A stretch of 64,000 nt of DNA from Chiloscyllium plagiosum (lineage: Eukaryota): contig NC_057758.1 in NCBI RefSeq assembly GCF_004010195.1, forward strand, positions 5,765,997 through 5,829,996, in the 5' to 3' direction. The notes under the pieces were generated by a model. It saw nothing but the letters and a program-made list of their open reading frames with translations, was not told the DNA's origin and did not search any database. This document shows positions 36,200 to 47,720 of this stretch, piece by piece. Made by a program: the position numbers and the translations under genes. Numbering within the stretch: position 1 is the first letter of the stretch; each line of letters begins with the position of its first letter.

Positions 36200-38060
36200 T
36201 AGATTTAATTAAAAATGGACAAGGACTAAAGCATTGGGGAAACTATGGCAACACACAAGCAAAATGACAATGCTATTAAACATGCCACAGAATCCAGACT
36301 GGCTGCAGCGACCAACAGAAAGTTTGCAATCAGCATGGCAATTGAAGACCTAAAATATTAATCTGAATTTGGGGTTGAAATGAATCAATTCGATCGCAAA
36401 CATCGAGGTGAATCCCAGTCAAAGGGACGCCTTATAGTGTTATTTGGAAGAGGCTACGTGCACCGAGCACCTGCAGTGATGGATATCGAAGGATCATCCT
36501 GCAATCAACATGGATACCAATGCCTCGTTTGGTCCAATCGATCAGCCTGTATCTTCGCCCACCGTGTTCTGTTACATTCACGCGCAGATATATGTTCGGA
36601 CTGCACGGAAATTTGCAAAAGCTTGACTGAATACTTACCAGTTTGGGAAGTTCGATGTTTTGTTTCGGCTGATGTGAAATAACTATCATCACCCCCCTCA
36701 CTGAACAACTGCAGGTTCACAGTAGGTTAAGTTCAGCATAATCAAAAATGGAACTAACCACAGGTGATCCCCATAATGTAAACGCAGAGCAGACAAATGC
36801 GCCAAAAGACGGGCTCATGTAGGAGTTTCCTGGTGGGCACCCATAGTTAAGCAGCCAATGCTGTCAGTCTAAGTCAGTAAAACATAGAGGACATTAGACA
36901 AGCACAACGCCGTGATGATTCCTTAAAAGCAAATTATGGGAAGAGTTTACCCAGATGCCCCTGCCAGGTGGAAGCGTTCCCTGCACGTTGGTGACTGGTT
37001 ATTTCTAAAATCATGATTGTGTGTCCCCTCTATTGAAGACATGAACCAAATTATACATAGATATCATTATAGGCACGTGCACCAGGGAAGAAAGGCCACT
37101 ACAAAATGATTAAAATCAGTGTGTTGGTGACCCGAGTTGCATAGAGATGCAGCACATAATAAAGGGAACCGTTTTGTCTCCACCTAAAACAATACAGACA
37201 ATTACACGCGAAGGGGAGAACTTAGAAGTGGAAGGGCACCGGACAATACTTGAAATTCACTTCACAGGTCCCCTGCCAACTTTTGGCAATGGACATATCT
37301 GCATTCTGATCATCATAGGTACTGTGACAAAATGGTTCGATGCTTTCCTTGTTATTTAAATACAACCAAAGCAACAGCATATATCATAACAGAGCAGGAT
37401 GGGGTCATCCCCGCAGTAACAAGTCAGATCGATGAATCCATTTCAAAGGCTGAGTCATGCAAATTGTGATAACGAAATTCCACATTGTATACTAAACAAT
37501 TCAGTGGGATCGTGGAAAGCATGAAGCACAACCAAAAATGGATGATAAGGAAGACGGTGCAGCAGAATAAGAAAAGCAGGGAGACAATAATTCCGTTTGG
37601 CCTCATGGTGGTATGCATCACCATCGTCTGATTTCTAGAATAAACCTCGCACATTGTCATGACAGGCCGACACCTGAAGGGAGACGAATACCTGTATGGC
37701 CTCGACCTCACAGAACCAGAATTCACTGTCAGGGTTCACAGATAAGCAGTGCAGGCTCACACTTAGCACATCAAGACCACTCAGCTAAATGCGCCTGTCA
37801 AGTTAAGGACGAGAAGGAACGTGAGCAAGGCGTACTTCGATAGCAAAGTTTACCTTTTTTTGTATTTGATCAATCTCTAGAAAGTGCCGTTTTCTCATCT
37901 GCTATATGCGTCAGTTTCGTTGCTCCAGTATATGTTGGGCTTAGCTTGAATCAGCATGGTCCTGCAGTCACTGCCTTTCATGTTGTGATCCATCACAACA
38001 GGACCAAAAGGAGGTCCTTGGCCTGGAAGGACTGTCAAAAACATGATGGATTTCAAGAAA
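36200..38060 (+). mobile_element. Decayed LTR-retroelement/endogenous retrovirus-like pol (RNase H and integrase)
   Basis: IEGSS; ICSDC..ICKSLTEYLPVWEVRCFVSADVK; RADKCAK; HQG..W.ELHRD; LEIHFTGPLP..ILIIIGTVTKWFDAF; FSGIVESMK; VMTGR; AYFDSKV; APVYVG. Confidence 0.8.
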
Positions 38061-38614
38061 AATGGACAAATAGGAAAGAAGTCTGGATACCTAAGGTGAG
38101 CCTTAACAAAAATAACAGTGCTATGACGCATGCTGCATCATCCAGACAGGCTGCAACTACCAACAGCCAGTTAGCAATGAACCCGGCAGTTGAAAATCTA
38201 TCACATACACCCGAATTTGGTTGGAATGTCATCGTCAGGGCGAACGGAAACGTTGAGATGTGTAACAGATACATGATCGCATTACACTCTGAAATGGAGG
38301 GTTCTACATGCTCCCAGCACCTGCAGTCATGGACATCTAAGGACCGCCCTGCAATCAAAATGTCAATGCCTTTTTCGGCCCGATTACTCAGCGTGATCTG
38401 GCCTGATTGACCCATTGGTGAATGGTGGAAATTCATTCAGATGGGCATGAATACCCTTGAGTAAAAGAATTGAGACCAATCCACACTCTAGGCGGTCAAT
38501 AAAGAATAAACACACAGAAGAAATTGCATCGGAATTCTTCGGGAGAACATCAAATGAAAAGGCGAAATGGAGCAAGGCCAAGTTCAAATGTGGTGGTAAG
38601 TGATTATCAAATAA

Positions 38615-38925
38615 TTGCAGTGTGGAAACAGGTCATTCTGCCTTACAGGTCCACACTGACCCTCTGAAGCGTATCCCACCCAGACCCACTTCCATACCCA
38701 TGGGTGTACATTTCCCGTGACTAATGCACTTTAGCTAAACACCGCAGATCACTACAGGCACTTTCGCAAGGCCAATTCACTTAAACAGCATATCTTTGGC
38801 CTGTTGGACGAAACTGGGAGCACCCGGAAAAGACCCATGCAGAAATGGGACAATGTGCCAACGCCAGGCAGATCGTCGGCCGAGACTGTTATCAAATCTC
38901 GGTCCATGGCACTGGGATAGTTCGC
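38615..38925 (-). mobile_element. tRNA-derived SINE (HE1-like), decayed
   Basis: Reverse complement matches SINE body and 3' end of 56475-56805. Confidence 0.75.
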
Positions 38926-39189
38926 TCCGTTTTCAGTTCCATTGCATTCTGTTCAAGTGTACTATTACGGATGCACTCGACAAACCTGTCCACAAGACTG
39001 CCCGGACAGCGCCGTTTGAACAGTCAATCTGAGATTAAAATCCCCCGATAATTGCCATGCACTTTGTACAGGCATTATTCATTTATATATTTATTGCCAC
39101 GCCAATGTGATGCTATTATTTGGTGTCGTTTTGACTATGCGGACAAGTGAAATTTTATGTCTTTGAATTTTTAATTTCCACTCAAATGG

Positions 39190-39760
39190 ATTCCAATTAA
39201 TTAAGATGTCCTTCTTGAATATCAGAGCTACGCCACTTCCCTGAACTTCCTGTGTGTCCTTTCGAATACTCTGAACACCTGGAGATGCAACTCTCCATCG
39301 TGACCATCCTGTAACCATGTCTCCGTAATGGCAACTAAATTATTTTCATTCGCCATGAGTTGTGCTGTTAACTCATTATTCTTATTACGAATTCAGATAA
39401 AGTGCCTAATGGTAGTATTCATACCCTCATGATTTCCAACATATCTCATAATATTTCCTGAGTTATCCATCCCTTTTTACTTCTTTCGTAGTCTGAATTG
39501 TACTTGAACCCTCTTGCATATATGCAAATCGGCTGCTTATCTTTTTTTACTGTCATACTTCCTGTCGTTTTCCCTTTCCCTCGCCCCTCCCCATAGTCCC
39601 TATTTTAAAGTACGCGTGAGCACTCTATTTATACTTCCGTGTGAATGCAGGTTCCAGATCGGTTCAGATGTAGACTGTCCAATCAGTACAGATCTCCCCT
39701 GGTTCCAAAACTGATGCCAATGCCTATGAAATGGAATTCTTGACATTTGACACCAGGACA
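39190..39760 (-). mobile_element. CR1 fragment (ORF1 end to endonuclease start)
   Basis: Minus strand reads VAITETWLQ..RKD..GSGVALIFK. Confidence 0.65.
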
Positions 39761-39884
39761 TGATATGCCGTTGGTCAGTTTTTTGTAATATCGAACATGG
39801 TTTATTTATTTGACTGTATTTGTGTCATCAGGTTGGAAGTCTCCTTTTTTTGCACAAACATAACTCGGATTAATTCCCAATTGG

Positions 39885-40070
39885 TAAAAACAATGACTGC
39901 AGATGCTGGAAACCAGATTCTGGATCAGTGGTGCTGGAAGCGCACAGCAATTCAGGCAGCACCCGACGAACAGCAAAATCGATGTTTCGGGCAAAAGCCC
40001 TTCATCAGGAATAAAGGCAGAGAGCCTGAAGCGTGGAGAGATAACCTCGAGGAGGGTGGGGGTGGGGAGA
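39885..40070 (-). mobile_element. Short Penelope-terminus insertion carrying a hammerhead motif, with 13-bp target-site duplication
   Basis: Flanked by AATTCCCAATTGG (39872-39884) and AATTCCCACTTGG (40071-40083). Confidence 0.8.
39981..40008 (-). ncRNA. Minimal hammerhead ribozyme motif (best preserved copy)
   Basis: Reverse complement CTGATGA-A-GGGC-TTTT-GCCC-GAAA-C-ATC: both core boxes, perfect 4-bp stem II, NUH triplet. Confidence 0.7.
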
Positions 40071-40734
40071 AATTCCCACTTGGAGTACGGTGGTCAGATG
40101 TAATCAGCACACCTTGGGAAACATATATTGAACTTGGGCAAAGTACGATGTTCTCTTCTGTGTATGTCAACAACACCCAAAGAACTGTTCAAATCATTAA
40201 TTCCATGAGTTGGTGCATACCTTTGTCAACCTGAACATTGCAAAGGTACACCTGAATCATTTTGTTTAACGCTAGAAGCATCCAAAGCGTTGGGAAGGAA
40301 TGTAGCATAACTTAACGACACTATTTCTTGGATTTCAGGACTGATGTTATTCAGAAGACTACAGAAAGTATGTCCTGCTTTGTGGAGAACTTCAAAAGCT
40401 GTGGTGTCATCTGATCGAAATCATTAATCAAATAGAATATTTAAAGAGATGGCATATCCACACATTGGGGTCTCCAGAACTGAGGGCATGATCTGTGATA
40501 TATGAGGAGACTGTTCAGGCGAAATGTTCGGCAGAGCTGCTACACGCAAGGCGTGCAATATGTTTGGAACACTCTGGCACAAATGGCAGACGTTGCTGCA
40601 TCAATGCTCATTTCAAATCTGTGCGAATGATTTTTGTATCACGCTAAGTTTTTTTTAGGGGTATGAGGTATAGAAATTTGCCTATAAACTATTAATTTTG
40701 GCCAAAATGCGGCAGAAATGTTTTATGTATAGGA

Positions 40735-42800
40735 ACTTAGAGTCATAGAGATGTCCAGCATGAAAACAGACCCTTCCATCAAACCCATCTATGCAGACCA
40801 GCGATCCCTAGCCAATCTGGTTCCACCTGCCAGCAATAGACCCACATTCCTCCAAGCCCCTCCTCTTGATAAGAACATCCAAATGCCTCTTAAATGTTTC
40901 AATTCTGCCAGCCTCCACCACTTCATCTGGCGGCTCATTCCATAGAAGTACTATATTCTGTGTGAAAACGTCGCCCCTTAAGTCTCTTCTATATCGTGTC
41001 CCTCTCACCCTAAACCTACGCTGTCTCTGGACTACCCAACGCCGTAGGAAAATAATTTGCTTATTTATCCTATCCATGCCCCTAATAATTTTGTGAACCT
41101 GAAGAAGGTCACCCGTCAGCCTCCGATGCTCCAGGGAAAACACCACCAGCCTATTCAGCTTCGCCCATTAGCTCAAATCCTCCAACACTGGGAAAATCCT
41201 TGTAAATCTTCTCTGAACCCTCTTATACAGCCCCAACATGACATCCTTATTCCTGTATTCAATAATCTGACCATGAAACGAAAGCATACCAAACGACTTC
41301 TTCACTATCCTATCTACCTCCGACTCCACTTTCAAGGAGCTACGAACCTGCATTCCAAATCTCTTTGTCCAGCAACGCTCCCTAGGACCTTACTTTTAAG
41401 TGTATAAGCCCTGCTAAGATTTGCTATCCCAAAATGCAGCATTTATCTGAATTAAACTCCATCTGCCACTTCTATGCCCATTGGCCATCTGGTCAAGAAC
41501 CTGTTGTAATCTGAGGTAACTATCTTTGCTGTCCATTACACCTCCAATTTTGGTATCATCTACAAACTTACTAATTGTATCTCTTATGATCGCATCCAAA
41601 TCATTTATGTAATTGACAAAAAAAAGTAGAGGGCCCAGCATCGATCCTTGTGGCACTCCGCTGTTCACAGGCCTCCAGTCCCGATAAACTACCCTCCACC
41701 ACCACCATCTATCTTCCTCCTTTTAGCCAGTTCTGTATCCAAATGGCTAGTTCTCGCTGCAGTCCGTCAGATCGAACCTTGCTAATCACTCTCCCATGAG
41801 GAACCTTGTCGAACGCCTCACTGAAATCCATATAGATCACGTCTACCACTCGACCCTCATTATCCTTCTTTGTGACTTCCTCAAAAAAAGCTCAATCAAG
41901 TTTGTGAGACATGATGTCCCACACACAAAGCCATGTTGACTCTCCCTAAGTAGTCCTTACCTTGCCAAATACATGTACATCCTGTCCCTTAGGATTCCCT
42001 CCAACAACTTGCCCACTACCGGCGTCAGGTTCACTTGTCTATATTTCCCTGGCTTGTCCTTACCACCCTTCTTAAACAGTGGCAACAGATTAGCAAACCT
42101 CCAGTCTTCCAGCACCTGAATTGTGACTATCGCTTATATAAACATCTCAGCAATGGCCCAGCAATCCCTTATCTAACATGCCACAGAGTTCTCGTGTACA
42201 CCTGATCAGGTCCTGGGGAACTATACACCGTTATGCGTTTCAAGACATCCAGCACTTCTTCCTCTGTAATCTGGACATTTTGCACGGTGTCACCATCTAT
42301 GTCCCTACAGTCTATATCTTCCATATCCTTTTCTTCAGTAAACACTGATGCATAATACTCGTTTAATAGCTCCCCCATTTTCTGCGGTTCCACATAGAAT
42401 CCGCCTTGCTGATCTTTGTAGGACCATATTTTCTCCCTACTTATCCTTTTGTCTTTAACATATTTGTAAAAACACTTTCGATTTTCCTTACCTCTATTTG
42501 CCAAAGCTAAATCATGCCTCCTTTTGGCCGTCCTGATATCCATCCTCAGTATACTCCTCATTCCTTTATACTCTTCTAACGATTCACTCGTTCTAAACTG
42601 TCTTTAACTTACACATGCTTCTTTCTTTTTTCTGAACCCAACCCTCAATTTCTCTAGTCATACACCATTCCTTATCCCTACCAGCCTTTCCTTTCATCCT
42701 AAGAGAAAAATACTTCCTCTGGATTCTCGTTATCTAATTATTGAAGGCTTCCCATTTTCCAGCCGTCCCTTTACCTGCGAAGATCTGCCCCAAATCAGCT
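40735..42800 (-). mobile_element. CR1 LINE 3' portion, decayed
   Basis: ORFs 40808-42561: SPGPDQVY, SGVPQGSMLGPLL, KFVDDTKIGG, RRLTGDL. Confidence 0.92.
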
Positions 42801-43630
42801 TGTCATCTCTGATGACAAGAACTTCATTTTAACTTGACGATCCGAAATCCCTATGTTTAATTTCGAGACAGGAGGAGACCACTAGTGTGCAGACTGAGGG
42901 GAACGACATTTTTGAAAAGTTCTAAGAGGTCAATCATGCACCATTGCGGACTGGCAGGAGTGTTAACGAGATGGGGAGACTGCTGAAGGACGAGGGAAGA
43001 CGGAAAGAGTGGACAATGAAGTGACTAATCGAGCACAAGGACATACAATTTGAGGTTAGGAACGTTCATAGGATGTTTACATGCGCAAAGTATATTCTAA
43101 ATTTGGAAGGTTTCGAAAGGAGGGCGAGTTGATTGGAAAGGTCGTGGCTGCAGACAATATTATTAATCGTTTTGTCTAATGATTGTCTAAAAATCAACAT
43201 ATTTTATTTACATATCTACATTTAATTGTTGTGTCCATCAACATTTAATAACCGAATTACTGTCCAAGCTTTCCCAACAAGACAGCCGACTGCAATGTTA
43301 AAATGGAAAACAATGTGGAAAAATAGGATGGCATGCAATTTGATTGGAGGAACAGGCGCATAGACCAAGTTCTAAATTAGAAAGAACGTCGGAGTTTTTT
43401 ACGCGTTGATAGTCTTTGAGCCCTGGTTCGGGATTTTCATCAGGTTGGTTTGCAATTTCACTTGGAGGATAGGAAGAAAAATGAAATGTCAACATTCATT
43501 TTGAGCGTGCTATAATGAAAATCTGTGGATTTCCTGCTAATGCTGTTTAAGGCTCCAGTCCGACCAGATTTGGAATATCGTGTGTCAATTAATCTAAATC
43601 ATCGTTGGGAGTCAGGGTATACAATGGGAA

Positions 43631-44539
43631 CTAGAAGCTGCTGCTATTTTGCCTTTTGATTATATGAGTGATCAGACTGAAGGGAAATATCACAAATTTT
43701 TTGAATTGTCCTCTGAACCTATTCTGTGTCACGACGTAGATTCCAGTGTTTGTGCAGCAACTCAGGAGCTGTAGAATAAATCCTAATTCTTGGACATACA
43801 CAGGCACATAAATCAAATAGCCCAGATTACCATTCGTTCAAGCATTGCGTACACGACAAACACTGCCCACAGCAGGATGAAGTTGTCTGAAATCAGAAAC
43901 AGAAGAACAATTGATTTTCTTCGGTTCTCCATCTCCGTGTCTCTGGGACACTCCCCATTGTTGTGAGCCAGGAGTCTCCTGCGGGCTCTGCTGCTTACTA
44001 CAATGTGTCTGACGGTGAAAATGTTGAGCTGCAGAATCAGAACGAATGGGAGACAGGGTGAGAGAATGTAGTGAACAATTTCAATTATGGCCCATAACTC
44101 TAAGTTGTCAAGTATATACCACAAAAAATAGGATGATTAGATAAATCATAATTACTGTTATACATAAAATACCAGCTGATATTATTTAAAAAGCTCAGTC
44201 CAGTCACTGTTCCGAGAACCACCGCCGCTGTTTTCTCATTACAATATTTAGTTTTGAACGTGTGACAACGAATGGCTACCAAGCGGTCGAAGGTGAATGT
44301 GACGGTGAACAAGACAGAGCAATCGGATGCTGCATAAAGCAGGACAGCATGAATGTTGCACGCATCTATATCCTCCATGAAAGTGAAGACTTCTGGATAA
44401 ACAATTGGAATATGTCTCAATATCAGGTCAAGGATGACCACCAATAAATCTGCGACTGCCATGGCCATCAGATAGAGAGTGACACATCTGGAGAGTCCAC
44501 ACTTCCCACGGAATAGAATCACAATCGTCACTGTATTAA
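43631..44539 (-). pseudogene. Frameshifted duplicate of GPCR exon 2 with intact splice acceptor
   Basis: TTTTCCACAG acceptor retained at 44540; net 7-nt deletion near 44110 and 1-nt deletion near 43830 split the frame into ORFs 44100-44531, 43813-44124 and 43631-43816. Confidence 0.93.
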
Positions 44540-44807
44540 CTGTGGAAAAGGAAACTACGATATAACACTAAACGATTGATGAGGGGAAAAACTGCAATAT
44601 TCAATTTTCATTTCATCCATAAGTGGTGCACAGTCATGACTGTGTTGTCCATTCAGAAGGCATAATCCTCAAAGAGTACCTTCCAAATTCGCATTCTCTA
44701 CTTTGACGTAGCTAATTATTGTATACATAGTTGCAGGAGAAAGTGATGGAACGTGTGGTGTTGGACATGCACAGCCAGTCTGGAAGCATCCGAGGAGCAA
44801 GAGAGTC

Positions 44808-44835
44808 GATATTTCGAGCATAAACTCTTCATCAG
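44808..44835 (-). ncRNA. Minimal hammerhead-like motif (duplicate copy)
   Basis: CTGATGA-A-GAGT-TTAT-GCTC-GAAA-T-ATC. Confidence 0.5.
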
Positions 44836-45278
44836 CAATGAGGGAATATCCCAATGGGCTGAGAGATCAGTGGAAGGGGATGGACTGTGGGGAAGGTAGC
44901 GGGGGATGGGAGAGGTAGATGGATATGAGGTATTATGGTGATATGTCAGAAAGGAGGTTGACCGGAATTGGTAGGAAGCAAGATGGACAGTTTGGACAGT
45001 TCAGAGTTTGGTGTCGAGTCAGAATGTTGGCTCTGGAATAAATTGGAAAGAGGGATGATGGCGATTAATGAAACGCGTGAAATATACATTTATCCTGTAT
45101 GGTTGCAGGGACCAAAGGTGGACGATGCGGCAGTATTCGCCCACATGTTGGGTGGGTCCGTGGATATACTGCTAATGTTGTTTAAGGCTCCAATCCGACC
45201 AGATTTGGAATATCGTATGTCAATTAATCGAAACCATCGTTGGGAGTCAGGGTATACAATGGGAACTAGAAGCTGGTG

Positions 45279-46183
45279 CTAATTTTGCCTTTTGATTATA
45301 TGAGTGATCAGACTGAAGGGATATATCACCAATTTTTTGAATTGTCCTCTGAACCTATTCTGTGTCACGACGTAGATTCCAGTGTTTGTGCAGCAACTCA
45401 GGAGCTGTAGAATAAATCCTAATTCTTGGACATACACAGGCACATAAATCAAATAGCCCAGATTATCCATTCGTTCAAGCATTGCATACACGGCAAACAC
45501 TGCCCACAGCAGGATGAAGTTGCCTGAAATCATAAACAGAAGAACAATTGATTTTCTTCGGTTCTCCATCTCCGTGTCTCTGGTACACTCCCCATTGTTG
45601 TGAGTCCGGAGTCTCCTGCGGGCTCTGCTGCTCACTACAATATGTCTGACAGTGAAAATGTTGAGCTGCAGAATCAGAACGAATGGGAGACAGGGTGTGA
45701 GAATGTAGTGAACAATTTCAATTATGGCCCATAACTCTAAGTTGTCATCACTCAATTCTATACCACAAAACATTGGATGATTAGATAAACCATAATTACT
45801 GTTATACATGAAATACCAGCTAATATTATTTAAACAGCTCATTCCAGTCACTGTTCCGAGAACAATCGCCGCTGTTTTCTCATTACAATATTTAGTTTTG
45901 AACGTGTGACAACGAATGACTACCAAGCGGTCGAAGGTGAATGTGACTGTGAACCAGACAGAGCAATCGGATGCTGCATAAAGCAGGACAGCATGCATGT
46001 TGCATACATCTATATCCTCCATGAAAGTGAATACTTCTGGATAAACAATTGGAATATGTCTCAATATCAGGTCAAGGATGACCACCAATAAATCTGCGAC
46101 TGCCATGGCCATCAGATAGAGAGTGACACATCTGGAGAGTCCACACTTCCCACGGAACAGGATCACAATCGTCACTGTATTAA
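45279..46183 (-). CDS. GPR139/GPR142-like class A orphan GPCR, exon 2 (TM1 end to C-terminus)
   Basis: Open frame with AVADLL (TM2), C at top of TM3, FTFDRL (DRY variant), ECL2 Cys, PCLPF (TM5) and CCTNTGIY (NPxxY variant); acceptor TTCCTTTTCCACAG at 46184 in phase 1. Confidence 0.95.
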
Positions 46184-46384
46184 CTGTGGAAAAGGAAACT
46201 ACGATATAACACTTAACGATTGATGAGGGAAAAAGTGCAATATTCAATTTTCACTTCATCCATAAGTGGTGGACAGTCATGACTGTGTTTTCCATTTAGA
46301 AGCCATAATCCTCAAAGAGTACCTTCCAAATTCGCATTTTCTACTCTGACGTAGCTAATTATTGCATACATAGTTGCAGGAGAA

Positions 46385-47720
46385 AGTGATGGAACGTGTG
46401 GTGTTGGAGATGCACAGCCAGACTGGAAGCATCTGAGGAGCAGGAGAGTCGACATTTCGAGCATAAACTCTTCATCAGCAATGAGGGAATAGCCCAATGG
46501 GCTGAGAGATCAATGGAAGGAGATGGACTGTGGGGAAGGTAGCGGGGATGGGATAGGTAGGTGGATATGAGGTATTATGGTGATATGTCAGAAAGGAGGT
46601 TGAACGGAATTGGTCGGAAGCAAGATGGACAGTTTGGACAGTTCAGAGTTTGGTGTCGAGTCAGAATGTTGGCTCTGGAATAAATTGGAAAGGGGGATGA
46701 TGGCGATTAATTAAACGCGTGAAATATACATTTATCCTGAATGGTTGCAGGGAACAAAGGTGGACGATGCGGCAGTATTCGTCCACGTGTTGAGTGGTTA
46801 GATGTTTGGTGTGGAGCAGGCCCACGATGTGCATGACCTCGGCGGGGTTGGAGTGGGATTTAAAGTGTTTGGCTACAGGGCAATAGGGTATTTAGTGCAT
46901 GTGTCTCAGAGATGATCTCTGAAACATTCTGCAAGTAAGTGTTCTGTCTGCTTCAGTTGGAGGAGAGCACATCGACAGCAACGGACACAGTATATGATGT
47001 ATGTGGAAGTCAAGTTAAATCTCTGTTGGTTGTGGAAGGATCCTTCGGGGCCTTGGACTGTGGTGAGTATGGAGGTGTGGGAGGATGTTTTGTACTTTGT
47101 CCGCTGGCAAGGCATGATACTGGAAGAGTATGGTCGGTTGGTGGGGGTCTTCGACCGAACGAAGGAATCCTGGAGTGAATGGCCCCTGTGGCGCGCAAGT
47201 CAGGGTGGGGCGAGAAATATATTTCTGGTGATGGGGTCTGTTTGAAGGTAGTCGAAATGGTCGAGGATGACGCGTTGTAATTGCTGGTTGTTGGGACAGA
47301 AGGTGAGGACCAGGGGGGCTCTGTGCATGCTGTGATTGGATGGGTGCACAGATGCACAAAAGAGGAAGAGAGGAACTGGAGGGACACTTCGAAAAATGGT
47401 GCGGGAAATTGCTTTGTGTTGAGTCTGTCAACGGAAATGAAGACGGAGAGCTACAGAAAAGAGAGAGATGTGGGCGAGATGATCCAGTTGAATTTGAGGT
47501 CAGGGAATAAACTGTTATTAAAATTCATGAACTTTTAAAACTCCTGGTGGGAGCACGATGTGGCGTTGATACAGAGGAAATGGCTGGAAATGGTGCCGGT
47601 GCAGCTGTGGAAAACACACTGTTCCCTGTATTTGAGGAGGAGGCAGGCACTGTCGAGAACGATACTGTTGCCTTTGGCTACCAATCAAGCCAGCAGACAA
47701 AAAGGCCACAATGATAAATT
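46385..47720 (-). mobile_element. Penelope-like element 3' portion in the GPCR intron
   Basis: Minus-strand RT end and GIY-YIG remnants (VQGPEGSF..FNLTSTYIIYCVRCCRC); terminus with hammerhead motif. Confidence 0.8.
46451..46478 (-). ncRNA. Minimal hammerhead-like motif in the GPCR intron (sense strand)
   Basis: CTGATGA-A-GAGT-TTAT-GCTC-GAAA-T-GTC; stem I poorly paired. Confidence 0.55.

Larger units (their letters stand above)
43524..46799. repeat. Direct tandem duplication, ~1.64-kb unit (43524-45157 and 45160-46799)
   Basis: CCACACTTCCCACGG at 44497 and 46141 (offset 1644); junction falls inside a Penelope fragment at ~45157. Confidence 0.95.

Noticed and set aside
46184..46247. N-terminus MNIALFPSSIVKCYIVVSFST of the 322-aa ORF as a single-exon gene start
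   Set aside because: Non-ATG start; the segment is the polypyrimidine tract and acceptor, and a phase-compatible exon 1 completing TM1 exists at 50390-50534
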